Origin: an uncultured Thermotogae bacterium
Lineage (GTDB): Bacteria; Bipolaricaulota; Bipolaricaulia; UBA7950; UBA9294
Direction: 5' to 3'
Length of the DNA stretch: 64,000 nt
Assembly (NCBI GenBank): GCA_964558595.1
Contig: CAZLER010000002.1
Coordinates: forward strand, 31,414-95,413
Shown: one piece after another, positions 27,922-36,726 of the stretch
Numbering within the stretch: the first letter of the stretch is position 1
Layout: every line of letters starts with the position of its first letter
The notes under the pieces: generated by a model
What the model saw: the letters and a program-made list of their open reading frames with translations, nothing else
Told to the model about the DNA's origin: nothing
The model's database searches: none
Position numbers and translations under genes: made by a program

Positions 27922-29541
27922 GTGCGCAAATTCGTGTTCGTCACGGGGGGGGTCCTCTCCGGCCTCGGCAAGGGCGTCGTCTCGGCGTCGATCGGTCTGC
28001 TGTTCAAGCTGCGAGGACATCATGTCAGTCTGCAGAAGATCGATCCCTACGTCAACGTCGACGCCGGGACGATGAACCCCTACGAGCACGGCGAGGTGTT
28101 CGTCACCCAGGACGGTCGAGAGACCGATCTCGACATCGGACGGTACGAGCGATTCCTCGACGAGCGGCTCACCGCCTCCAACTACGTGACGACCGGACAG
28201 GTCTACTGGAACGTCATCCGCAAGGAGCGTGCCGGCAAGTACCTCGGGCAGACGGTGCAGGTGATCCCGCATATCTCTGACGAGATCAAGCGGCTGATCC
28301 GCCTCCCGCTCGACGAGAGCGACGCCGACATCGGGGTCATCGAGGTGGGTGGAACGGTTGGCGACATCGAGAGCCTGCCCTTCCTCGAAGCGCTCCGCCA
28401 GATGAAGGACGAGCTGCCGCGGGAGGATACCTTCTTCATCCACGTCACCCTGCTGCCGCGGCTGACCACCTCCGACGAGTTGAAGACGAAGCCGACCCAG
28501 CACAGCGTCAAGGAGCTGCGCGCGATCGGCATCCAACCGGACGTCATCGTCGCGCGGTGCGATGTTCCGCTGCCCGACGCGGTCAAGCGCAAGATCGCCC
28601 TGTTCTGTGACGTGCCGATCGAGAACGTCATCGACAATCCCGACCTCCCGACGATCTACCATGCGCCGTTGCGATTCCATGACAACGGGTTGACGCGCTG
28701 CATCGCCACCGGCCTGACGCTGTCGCCGGACCGATCACCGGACCTGACAGAGTGGACGGCACGGATCCGCCGGATCGAGGCGCCGTCCTCACGCGTCCGC
28801 ATCGGGATCGTCGGCAAGTACGTCGAGCTTCGCGACTCCTATATCAGCATCCGGGAGGCGTTACTTCACGCCGGAGCGGCCGAGGATATCGGCGTCGATA
28901 TCGACTGGATCCGTTCCGACGATCTCGCCCAACAGGAGGCGGCGACGCGGCTGGCGGCGGTCGAGGGGGTGCTCATTCCGGGCGGGTTCGGCGACCGCGG
29001 GATCGAGGGGAAGATCGAGGCGGTGGAGTATGCCCGGCTCCAGGGGGTGCCGTACTTCGGGCTGTGCCTCGGTTTGCAGTGTGCCACCATCGAGTACGCA
29101 CGTCACGTGGCCGGACTCGAGGGGGCGAATAGCTCGGAGTTCGATCCAGGGACCCCCCACCCGGTGATCAGCCTGCTCGAAGACCAGGTCGACATCGCCC
29201 GAAAGGGCGGTACGATGAGGTTGGGAGCGTACGAGACCGACCTGCGGGGGGGCACGATCAGCGCGCGCTGCTACGGGCGCCGGCGGATTCACGAGCGGCA
29301 TCGCCACCGGTACGAGTTCAACCCTCAGTACCGCGACAGGCTGGAAACGGCCGGCCTGCGAATCGCGGGGACGTCGCTCGACGATCGCCTCGTCGAGGTC
29401 ATCGAGCTCCCGGATCATCCGTGGTTCGTCGGGGTGCAGTTCCATCCGGAGTTCACGTCACGGCTGCTGTCGCCCCATCCCCTGTTCCGAGGATTTCTAC
29501 GATCATGCGCCGAACGGGCCGTTTCATCGTCCTCGTCGTAA
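27922..29541 (+). CDS. pyrG: CTP synthase
   Basis: VTGGVLSGLGKG, KIDPYVNVDAGTMNPYEHGEV, KTKPTQHSV, PGGFG.RG.EGK, GLCLG, QFHPEF. Confidence 0.98.
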   Translation: MRKFVFVTGGVLSGLGKGVVSASIGLLFKLRGHHVSLQKIDPYVNVDAGTMNPYEHGEVFVTQDGRETDLDIGRYERFLDERLTASNYVTTGQVYWNVIRKERAGKYLGQTVQVIPHISDEIKRLIRLPLDESDADIGVIEVGGTVGDIESLPFLEALRQMKDELPREDTFFIHVTLLPRLTTSDELKTKPTQHSVKELRAIGIQPDVIVARCDVPLPDAVKRKIALFCDVPIENVIDNPDLPTIYHAPLRFHDNGLTRCIATGLTLSPDRSPDLTEWTARIRRIEAPSSRVRIGIVGKYVELRDSYISIREALLHAGAAEDIGVDIDWIRSDDLAQQEAATRLAAVEGVLIPGGFGDRGIEGKIEAVEYARLQGVPYFGLCLGLQCATIEYARHVAGLEGANSSEFDPGTPHPVISLLEDQVDIARKGGTMRLGAYETDLRGGTISARCYGRRRIHERHRHRYEFNPQYRDRLETAGLRIAGTSLDDRLVEVIELPDHPWFVGVQFHPEFTSRLLSPHPLFRGFLRSCAERAVSSSSS

Positions 29542-30302
29542 TCGCCGCCGCCGGCGGCGTCGCCCTCGCCGTGTGGTGGCCTTCCGCCGGCAACCGGGCC
29601 GTCCCCGACGTGACCCGGGCGGACGCAATGACCGTGTACGGCTACGCCAACCGAGATACGCCGCTGTGGCGGATGGAGGCCGAGAGCGGGACGATCGACG
29701 AACGGGACCAGACGCTGCACGACGTGACGATCTCATTCTACGAGGGCGACGGGACCGCGACCCGCGTTCGGGGCGACCGCCTCGAACGCACCGATGCCAT
29801 CGGCCGACTGACCGGGGAGGTCCGCATGGAGCGCCCCGACGGCCTGCTGCTTACGACGGCGTCGGTGACGTGGGACGAAGCGGACGAGCGGCTGGAGGCC
29901 GGACCGATCGTCCTGACCACGTCCGAGCTGCGGATGAGCGCCGTCACCTTCGCCTACGATCTGGCATCCGACACCGCCTCGTTCGGGGGCGGAGTCGAGG
30001 CGACGGCCGATTGGGAGACGTCCTGGACCCTCGAGGCGAGCCGGGCCGAGGAGCACGACGGGGTCATGACGTTCTACGGCGCGGTCACCGCGACGTCCGA
30101 CGCCGATGACGCCTATGTCTGTGATCGGTTGGAGGTGTCGACCGAGAACGAGACCGTGCTGTTGACCGGGAACGTAAGCGGCGAAGGGCGCGGCGGCACG
30201 CTGCGCGCGGCGTCGCTCCGCTGGAGCGAGGAGGGGATCGTGGCGGACGGCGCGGTCACCGCCCGAATCGATCTCGAGGCGGGAGCGTCCGATGACCCTT
30301 AG
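29505..30302 (+). CDS. lptC: LptC-like periplasmic beta-jellyroll protein with an LptA-like extension
   Basis: N-terminal TM anchor, W.MEAESG, L.T.SVTWD pattern, beta-rich throughout; directly upstream of lptB. Confidence 0.65.
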   Translation: MRRTGRFIVLVVIAAAGGVALAVWWPSAGNRAVPDVTRADAMTVYGYANRDTPLWRMEAESGTIDERDQTLHDVTISFYEGDGTATRVRGDRLERTDAIGRLTGEVRMERPDGLLLTTASVTWDEADERLEAGPIVLTTSELRMSAVTFAYDLASDTASFGGGVEATADWETSWTLEASRAEEHDGVMTFYGAVTATSDADDAYVCDRLEVSTENETVLLTGNVSGEGRGGTLRAASLRWSEEGIVADGAVTARIDLEAGASDDP

Positions 30303-31008
30303 CGCCGACGGGTTGGTCAAGGTCTACCGGAAGCACGCCGTCGTCGATCGGCTGTCGCTCGTCGTCGAACCCGGATGCGTGGTCGGACTCCTCGGGCCGA
30401 ACGGCGCCGGCAAGACGACGACGTTTCACATGATCATCGGCTTCCTTGCCGCCGACGATGGTCGCGTCCTCCTCGACGACGAGGACATCTCGCCGCTTCC
30501 GTTTTTCCGTCGGGCCCGCCTTGGGATCGGCTATCTCCCCCAGGAACCCTCGGTATTCACCCGGGCGACGGTGGCCGAGAACCTCGACCTCGCGCTGGAG
30601 CGTCTTCCCAGGCCCGGGCGGCGGGATCGATTGCGCCGTGAACTCCTCGCCGAGTTCGGCCTGGAAGCGCTCCGCCATCAGCAGGCGCGGACCCTGTCGT
30701 CGGGAGAGCGTCGGCGGCTGGAGATCGCACGGACGCTGGCGGTGTCGCCGCGGTACGTCCTCCTCGACGAACCGTTCTCGGGGATCGACCCAATCTCCAT
30801 CTCCGATCTCCAACGGGAGATCGTTTCGCTGAGAGAGCGCGGCATCGGCGTGGTGGTCACCGACCACAACGTCCGTGACACGTTGCGGATCACCGATCGG
30901 GCCTACCTGATCGACAAGGGGCAGACGATCGCCGCGGGAAGCCCCGAGGCCATCCTTACCGACCCGGAGGCCCGCCGGGTGTATCTGGGGGAGGGGTTCC
31001 GTCCGTAG
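30292..31008 (+). CDS. lptB: LPS export ABC transporter ATP-binding protein
   Basis: GPNGAGKTTTF, RARLGIGYLPQEPSVF, LSSGERRR.EIAR, LDEPFSGIDP, TDHNVRDTL, YLGE.F. Confidence 0.93.
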   Translation: MTLSADGLVKVYRKHAVVDRLSLVVEPGCVVGLLGPNGAGKTTTFHMIIGFLAADDGRVLLDDEDISPLPFFRRARLGIGYLPQEPSVFTRATVAENLDLALERLPRPGRRDRLRRELLAEFGLEALRHQQARTLSSGERRRLEIARTLAVSPRYVLLDEPFSGIDPISISDLQREIVSLRERGIGVVVTDHNVRDTLRITDRAYLIDKGQTIAAGSPEAILTDPEARRVYLGEGFRP

Positions 31009-31777
31009 CGTCCCGACGATACAGACGTCGCCTCCAGATCAGCAGGCCGAAGCCGACGACGAACACGATGCTGATGGCATGCGCCGCGCGGATCGGCCCC
31101 AGCCATAGGCTATCGCCGCGGGTGAAGCTGACGATCGATCGGGCCATCGCATAGAGGATGAAGTACATCGCCGTGGCGTAGCCGTCGCGGTAGTCCCGCT
31201 TCCTCACCCACCCCCACAGGAAGGCGAAGATGGCGAGATTCAACAGCATTTCGTACACCATCGACGGATGGGTCGCCTGCCCCGGGTACGCCATCCCGGC
31301 CGGCGAATCCGGAGGGAATCGGATCCCCCACGGCAGCGACGTCGGTGTCCCGTACGCGTCCCCGTTCATCAGATTGCCGATCCTGCCGATCGCCTGACCG
31401 AGGATCAGGCTGGGAACGAGAGCGTCCGTCAACCGCCAGAATCGGACGCCTTTTCGGTGCGCGAACACGTACACAGTGATCGCCCCTGCGATCACCCCCC
31501 CATGAATCGCCAACCCTCCTTCCCAGATCCTGACGATATCCAGGGGATGGGCGCCGTAGTGATCCCAGTGGAACACGACGTAGTAGATCCTCGCGCCGAG
31601 GATGGCGATCGGCACCGTCCACAGCAGGAGATCCAGGAGGTCCTCGGTGGACAGCGCCAGCCGCTTCCGTCGCGCTTCCCGCAACAGCAGGGCGAACCCG
31701 ACGGCGATCCCGATCACGTACATCAGACCGTAGTAGCGGATGGTGATCGGCCCGAACTCCACCAGGATAGGATGCAC
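30956..31777 (-). CDS. lgt: Prolipoprotein diacylglyceryl transferase
   Basis: IRYYGLMY, GARIYYV, IWEGGLAIHGG, GRIGN.MNG, HPSMVYE; SD AGGGGAG. Confidence 0.95.
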   Translation of the reverse strand: MHPILVEFGPITIRYYGLMYVIGIAVGFALLLREARRKRLALSTEDLLDLLLWTVPIAILGARIYYVVFHWDHYGAHPLDIVRIWEGGLAIHGGVIAGAITVYVFAHRKGVRFWRLTDALVPSLILGQAIGRIGNLMNGDAYGTPTSLPWGIRFPPDSPAGMAYPGQATHPSMVYEMLLNLAIFAFLWGWVRKRDYRDGYATAMYFILYAMARSIVSFTRGDSLWLGPIRAAHAISIVFVVGFGLLIWRRRLYRRDATDGTPPPDTPGGPPGR

Positions 31778-31814
31778 CGTGGTCTCCCCTCTTCTCGCGA
31801 TATGATGGAAGTAT

Positions 31815-33296
31815 ATGAACTGGATCCGTCGACGCGAAACCTGGCTCGCCCTGGCCGGAGGGGCACTGGCCGCACTGTCGATGCCGGGGTTTGGCGCGTG
31901 GCCGTTGGTGTTCGTCGCGTTGGTGCCGCTTGGGGTCGCGCTCGAGCGGGGCCGAGGATTCCAGCACGGCTACCTGTTCGGTATCGCCCTGTTCGCCATC
32001 GATGCCCGCTGGGTCGTGGCCCTGTCCCGGTTCAATCCGTTGGTCATCCCCGGCTACGTCCTGTTGGTACTCTACTTGGCCCTCCCGCTTGGGATGGTCG
32101 GCTGGTTGTTGACGTGGCGGTCGGATCGCGTCGCCCGATGGCGATGGGTGCTGCTCGCGCCGGCGCTGATCGTCCTCGTGGAATGGCTGCGAACGCTCGG
32201 TCCGTTGGGCTTCGGGTTCTCCATGCTCCATCAGTCGTTGTACCGTGTGCCGTGGCTGATCGGCTCGGCGGCGGTGCTCGGGGCGTGGTCGGTCACCGGG
32301 ACCGTCGTCGCGGTCAACGCCTCCGCCTACCTGGCGTGGCGGCGGCGGCCAGTCTACGCCCTCCTCGGCACCGGCGCGCTGATCGCCCAGGTCGCGCTGT
32401 GGTTCGCCCTCGGCCCGATCGAGCCGATCGCCGAACCGATGGACATTGCCGTCGTTTCGTCCACCGTCGACCAGGCGGTGAAGCTCGACGGTCGCAACCT
32501 CGAGCCGCTGACCGAGCGATTCCTCGACCTCGGAGCCCAGGCGGCGGCCGGGGACCCCGATCTGATCGTCTTCCCGGAATCGTTCCTGCCGGCGTATATC
32601 CTCCGGCGCGACGACCTCCTCTCCGAGCTGGCGTCGCTCGCTCGCGCCGGCGACGCACGTCTGCTGTTCGGGACCGGAGATTGGCGCAACGGACGGATCT
32701 ACAATACGGTGGTTCTCCTGGGCACCGACGGCGAGATCATCGGGCGCTACGACATGGTCCGTCCGGTGCCATTCGGAGAGTACATCCCCGGACGCCGGCT
32801 CCTCGAGGCGATCGGCCTCGGCGCCTGGGCGCGGGCGGTGCTGCCACTCGATCTCACCCGGGGGACCGATACGAGCCCCGTCGACGGAATCGGTACACCG
32901 ATCTGCTTCGAATCGACGTTCCCGTCGACGGCCCGCTCGATGACGCGACAAGGGGCAACGCTGCTGGTCACGGTGACCAACGATGCCTGGTTCGGCGGCA
33001 GCTCGGAGCTCGATGCCCACTTCGCCGCCACCGTCTTCCGTGCGGTGGAGAACCGGAGGTTCGTCGTGCAAGCGGCCAACGGCGGCGTCTCCGGGATCGT
33101 CGACCCACGGGGCCGGATCGTCGTTGCGACGACCGAGGAGAAGGTGGTCACCGGTTCCGTCACGTTGACGAGAGATCGTGCGTTGTACACGCAGTGGGGC
33201 GACACTCCCTGGCTCCTGACGATGGCGGCAGCGGTGGTGGGCGGGCTGGGGGCGGTGGCCTGCCGTCGCCGGCCCGGACGGCCGCGGAGCGGATAG
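31815..33296 (+). CDS. lnt: Apolipoprotein N-acyltransferase with an atypical catalytic triad
   Basis: N-terminal TM region, FPES, VPFGEYIP, ICFES, TNDAWF, VQAANGGVSG; position equivalent to the catalytic Lys is Met. Confidence 0.9.
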   Translation: MNWIRRRETWLALAGGALAALSMPGFGAWPLVFVALVPLGVALERGRGFQHGYLFGIALFAIDARWVVALSRFNPLVIPGYVLLVLYLALPLGMVGWLLTWRSDRVARWRWVLLAPALIVLVEWLRTLGPLGFGFSMLHQSLYRVPWLIGSAAVLGAWSVTGTVVAVNASAYLAWRRRPVYALLGTGALIAQVALWFALGPIEPIAEPMDIAVVSSTVDQAVKLDGRNLEPLTERFLDLGAQAAAGDPDLIVFPESFLPAYILRRDDLLSELASLARAGDARLLFGTGDWRNGRIYNTVVLLGTDGEIIGRYDMVRPVPFGEYIPGRRLLEAIGLGAWARAVLPLDLTRGTDTSPVDGIGTPICFESTFPSTARSMTRQGATLLVTVTNDAWFGGSSELDAHFAATVFRAVENRRFVVQAANGGVSGIVDPRGRIVVATTEEKVVTGSVTLTRDRALYTQWGDTPWLLTMAAAVVGGLGAVACRRRPGRPRSG

Positions 33297-33338
33297 CGGT
33301 CCACCCCGCGGCCACCGGATCGAACGACGTGGTTGACG

Positions 33339-34646
33339 TCAGCGGCGAGTCGCCGGCTGCACGTTCTGACCGAGCTCGGTCAGCTCGGTCACGGTACCAG
33401 AGGCGAAGTCCACCCTGTAGATCTGGAGGTCGCCGCTGCCGTCCTCCTTGACGAACGCGATGCCGCTGTCGTCCTCCAACCAGAACGGGGAGAACTCGTC
33501 ATCGGCGGTCGTAATGCCCGTGTTGAGCACGCCGAGGTCATCGACGTAGTCCTCCAGCGACTGGGCGTCGCTGCCATCGGCATCCATGACGTAGATGTCG
33601 AGGATCCCACCGGCGATCCGCTCCCGTGCGAACGCGATCTTGGTGCCGTCGGGCGACCAACTGGGCCGCGAGATGCCCGCACCCGCCGGCAGGTTGAGGG
33701 CGGTACTGGGCAAGGGATCGAGCACCGGGGAGGCGTCCCCGTCGCGTCCAACGGCATCGTACAGCTCGGTCGCCACACCGGCCGAATCGTCCCATAGCCA
33801 GATCGCGCTGCCGCCATCGGCGGCCTCGTCGGAGACGAACAGGAAATCGTCATTGACCGGCGAGAATACCGGGGCGAGTGCCCAAGACGGAGACTGGGAG
33901 GTGATCTTCTGCGAAGCCGTACCCGTCGAGCTCATGGTGTAGATTTCCCAGAGGCCCGACGCATCCGAGGCGTACGCGATCGTTTCTCCGTCCATTGACC
34001 AGTCGGGCTGGATCTGGTTCGACCCGGTCTGTGTGGTGAGCTGGGTGCGGCCGCCTCCGGTGACGTTCATCGTCCACACGTTCCAGCTCAGGTTGTCCTC
34101 GGCAGCGTACGCGAACCGGTCGCGGGTTTGCTGCGTGAGGTCCGGAAACAGCTCGTCCTCGGTCGTGTCCCGTACCGCGGCGAGCCCCGTGCCATCGGAT
34201 GCCATTCGATACACATCGTAGTCGCCCACCCGGTACGACGCGAAACCGATCATCACCGGACCGATGGTGATGGCAGCATGGGTCATCCCGATCCGGCCGT
34301 CGTTGTCGGTCACCGTGAGCACCGCCGTGTAGGTGCCTTCCTCGTCGTAGGTGTGCTCGACCGCAATCGCCACGTCGGCGCCGGTCACCGGCGCTGAACC
34401 GTCGCCGAAATCGAGCTCGTAGCCGGTGATCGTACCGTCGGGATCGTTCGAGCCGCTCAGATCGAACGTCACCGTCACCGGGGCCTCGTCGTCTCCACCG
34501 TCATCCGTCGTCAACAGGGCGATCGGGGCCTGCCCGAAGAACCCGCGGCAGGCAGTCAGCCCCGCGGCGAGAATCACCACCAACAGCAGGGCACTCGCCC
34601 ATCTCCCTCGCTTTCGCCGCCCAGCATCGTGCTGTCTTGCGGGCAT
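33339..34646 (-). CDS. Lipoprotein with a PKD domain and TolB-like (PD40) beta-propeller
   Basis: SD AAGGAGG; lipobox GLTA-C; DLSGSNDPDG..WDFGDG-type PKD; repeated P.WSPDG.KIAF / DIYVM..DG. Confidence 0.8.
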   Translation of the reverse strand: MPARQHDAGRRKRGRWASALLLVVILAAGLTACRGFFGQAPIALLTTDDGGDDEAPVTVTFDLSGSNDPDGTITGYELDFGDGSAPVTGADVAIAVEHTYDEEGTYTAVLTVTDNDGRIGMTHAAITIGPVMIGFASYRVGDYDVYRMASDGTGLAAVRDTTEDELFPDLTQQTRDRFAYAAEDNLSWNVWTMNVTGGGRTQLTTQTGSNQIQPDWSMDGETIAYASDASGLWEIYTMSSTGTASQKITSQSPSWALAPVFSPVNDDFLFVSDEAADGGSAIWLWDDSAGVATELYDAVGRDGDASPVLDPLPSTALNLPAGAGISRPSWSPDGTKIAFARERIAGGILDIYVMDADGSDAQSLEDYVDDLGVLNTGITTADDEFSPFWLEDDSGIAFVKEDGSGDLQIYRVDFASGTVTELTELGQNVQPATRR

Positions 34647-34804
34647 TACGTCGACCTCCTTACATCTCGCGGTTCACGATCACTCCACAGCAGGCCACAA
34701 AGGCCGTTCGGTCGAGTGTATCTCCGTTCCCCAGAGGGTTTCCGGGACGACCGGCGTCTCGATTCGGGGGGTTCGTCCGCGAGCGAGGTGACCGATGTCG
34801 GAGC

Positions 34805-34830
34805 GAAACCCGGTTGGGAAGAACCGTGTA
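34805..34830 (+). promoter_or_regulatory. Putative ECF-sigma-dependent promoter (autoregulatory)
   Basis: GAAAC-N15-CGTGTA, resembling AAC/CGT ECF promoters; a related 16-mer lies on the minus strand at 34727-34742. Confidence 0.4.
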
Positions 34831-34859
34831 TATTGGTCACCGAGGAGGCAGCGGGAAAC

Positions 34860-35408
34860 GTGTACCGTGTGCAGAATGAGGTGAGTCTATTGAGATCGTC
34901 ACTCGCAGGAGAGACGGAGGCGTGGGGGGAGATCATCTCCCGGTATAAGGACGCGGTGTTCGGGTTGTGCCTCGGCTTCCTGCGCAACCGCGCCGATGCC
35001 GAGGATCTCACCCACGACGCCTTCGTCCGCGCCTATGTGAACCTGCGTCGCTACGACATCGAGAAGCGATTCTCGACCTGGTTGTTCACCATCGCCGCGA
35101 ACCTGTGCCGCAACCGTCTTCGCTACCGACGGAACCATCCGGTCGCGGAGTTGCCGACGCAGATCCGCGGCGGTGACGACCCGGCCTCGGTCGTCGCCCG
35201 CGACGATCGTGGGGACCGGATCCGTAGCGTCCTCACCGGGCTGCCGTTCGGATACCGCGCCCCGTTGGTACTGAGATTCTACAACGACCTCTCCTACCGG
35301 GAGATCGCGACAATCCTGTCGATCCCGGAGGGGACCGTCAAGACGAGGATCCACCGAGGGAAAGCCATGCTGAAGCAGCGATTGGACGAGGAGCGTGATC
35401 CATCGTGA
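34860..35408 (+). CDS. ECF RNA polymerase sigma factor
   Basis: DAEDLTHDAF, FSTWLFTIAANLC, L.F...LSY.EIA.IL.IPEGTVKTRIHRG; SD GAGGAGG upstream; exact start uncertain. Confidence 0.93.
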   Translation: MYRVQNEVSLLRSSLAGETEAWGEIISRYKDAVFGLCLGFLRNRADAEDLTHDAFVRAYVNLRRYDIEKRFSTWLFTIAANLCRNRLRYRRNHPVAELPTQIRGGDDPASVVARDDRGDRIRSVLTGLPFGYRAPLVLRFYNDLSYREIATILSIPEGTVKTRIHRGKAMLKQRLDEERDPS

Positions 35409-35986
35409 GATCGTACGACGTCGACGAGCTGTTGCGCGATGCGCTACGACAAGAGGTTGCCGAGGGGTCGGCCGGATTGGCCGATCTCGAGGAGCGCGTC
35501 ATCGTGGAGCTGGGCGAGCGGCGTCCCCGGCTGCGACCCTCCGATTGGCTTCGGCAGCTGCTGGCGCCGACCCGTGGGGGGAGGTTCGGACAGCTCGCCA
35601 TCGTGGGGGCCACGGCGGCTCTTTGCCTGTTGTTGGGAGTTGTCGTCGCCCGGCAGGGCATCGAGCAGACGGCTCCGGGGATCCGGTTGACGCCAAGTCG
35701 CGCCGTGGAGAGCGGGCGTCAGGAAGTGCTGTTCGTCCTCCCGGCGCTCGACGCGGACGAGGTGTCGGTGGTCGGCGACTTCAACGCATGGGAGCCAACG
35801 GCGTTGGAGGACGAGAACAACGACGGGATCTGGACGGCATCCCTTCCTCTGTCCCCCGGCCGGTACGAGTACGCGTTCGTCATCGACGGGCGCTGGTGGG
35901 GACAGGATCCCCTCGCCGACGAGTACATCCGGAGCTTCGGGGAGTACAGCTCCGTCCGCTACGTCGGAGGAGGTGACGGCGCATGA
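35405..35986 (+). CDS. Putative anti-sigma factor: one TM segment plus C-terminal CBM48/AMPK-type glycogen-binding domain
   Basis: Overlaps sigma stop (GTGA); TM LAIVGATAALCLLLGVVVA; VSVVGDFNAW, GIW...LPLSPGRYEYAFVIDG, DP. Confidence 0.82.
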   Translation: MRSYDVDELLRDALRQEVAEGSAGLADLEERVIVELGERRPRLRPSDWLRQLLAPTRGGRFGQLAIVGATAALCLLLGVVVARQGIEQTAPGIRLTPSRAVESGRQEVLFVLPALDADEVSVVGDFNAWEPTALEDENNDGIWTASLPLSPGRYEYAFVIDGRWWGQDPLADEYIRSFGEYSSVRYVGGGDGA

Positions 35987-36681
35987 CGATCCGTTTTTCG
36001 CGGTCCATGACGGTCGTGTTCGTCGCCCTGGCGATGCTGGCGATCGCTGCACCGAATGCGCCCGCCGCGGCAGTGGGTTTCGAAGAGGCCCTTCGCGCCG
36101 TGCCCGTCACCGATCTCGATCGATTCGTGGCGGCGCTCGAACTCGGTGCCGAACAGCCGGACTTCCCGGCGACGGAGACGCTGCAGTTGATCCAGCGTGT
36201 GTCCGCCGCGGCGGGACCGGCAGGACAGAAGGAAGCGGTGCTCTTCCATCTGGTCGTCGCCCTCGAGGAGGGCCTCCCGATCGATACCCTGGTCGCCAAG
36301 GCGCTGGAGGGACTCGCTCGAGGGGTCGCACTCGACGCGATCGAGCGCAGCCTCGGGCAACGATCGGTGCTGCTCGTCGAGACCCGCGACCTGTTCTACT
36401 CGGAAGGGATTTTCAGCGTGTCGACGGGGACGACGCCGCCGGTGCCGACGGCGCTCCCCGCGTCTCGGTTCAACCTGTTGGTCACCCACATCTCGGATAC
36501 CCTCGCTGACTACTTGGAAGGGGGCAACAGCCCGTTCGAGGGGCAGACGATGTACCAGGAGGTTCGATTTCGTCTGCTTTCCCTCGCAGGAGCAACGCTG
36601 AATGCCGAGGATGTCGACCTGGTGCTGAAGCGGGTCGAGCCCGCCGACATGACACGGGTCGCTCTTTCGGCTGTATCGTGA
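35983..36681 (+). CDS. Secreted alpha-helical hypothetical protein
   Basis: Signal peptide, translationally coupled; GLPID.LVAKALEGLARG block. Confidence 0.75.
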   Translation: MTIRFSRSMTVVFVALAMLAIAAPNAPAAAVGFEEALRAVPVTDLDRFVAALELGAEQPDFPATETLQLIQRVSAAAGPAGQKEAVLFHLVVALEEGLPIDTLVAKALEGLARGVALDAIERSLGQRSVLLVETRDLFYSEGIFSVSTGTTPPVPTALPASRFNLLVTHISDTLADYLEGGNSPFEGQTMYQEVRFRLLSLAGATLNAEDVDLVLKRVEPADMTRVALSAVS

Positions 36682-36726
36682 TACGGTAGCTACGGTGTAC
36701 TTGTTCAAGAACAAAGGGAGGCGAAC

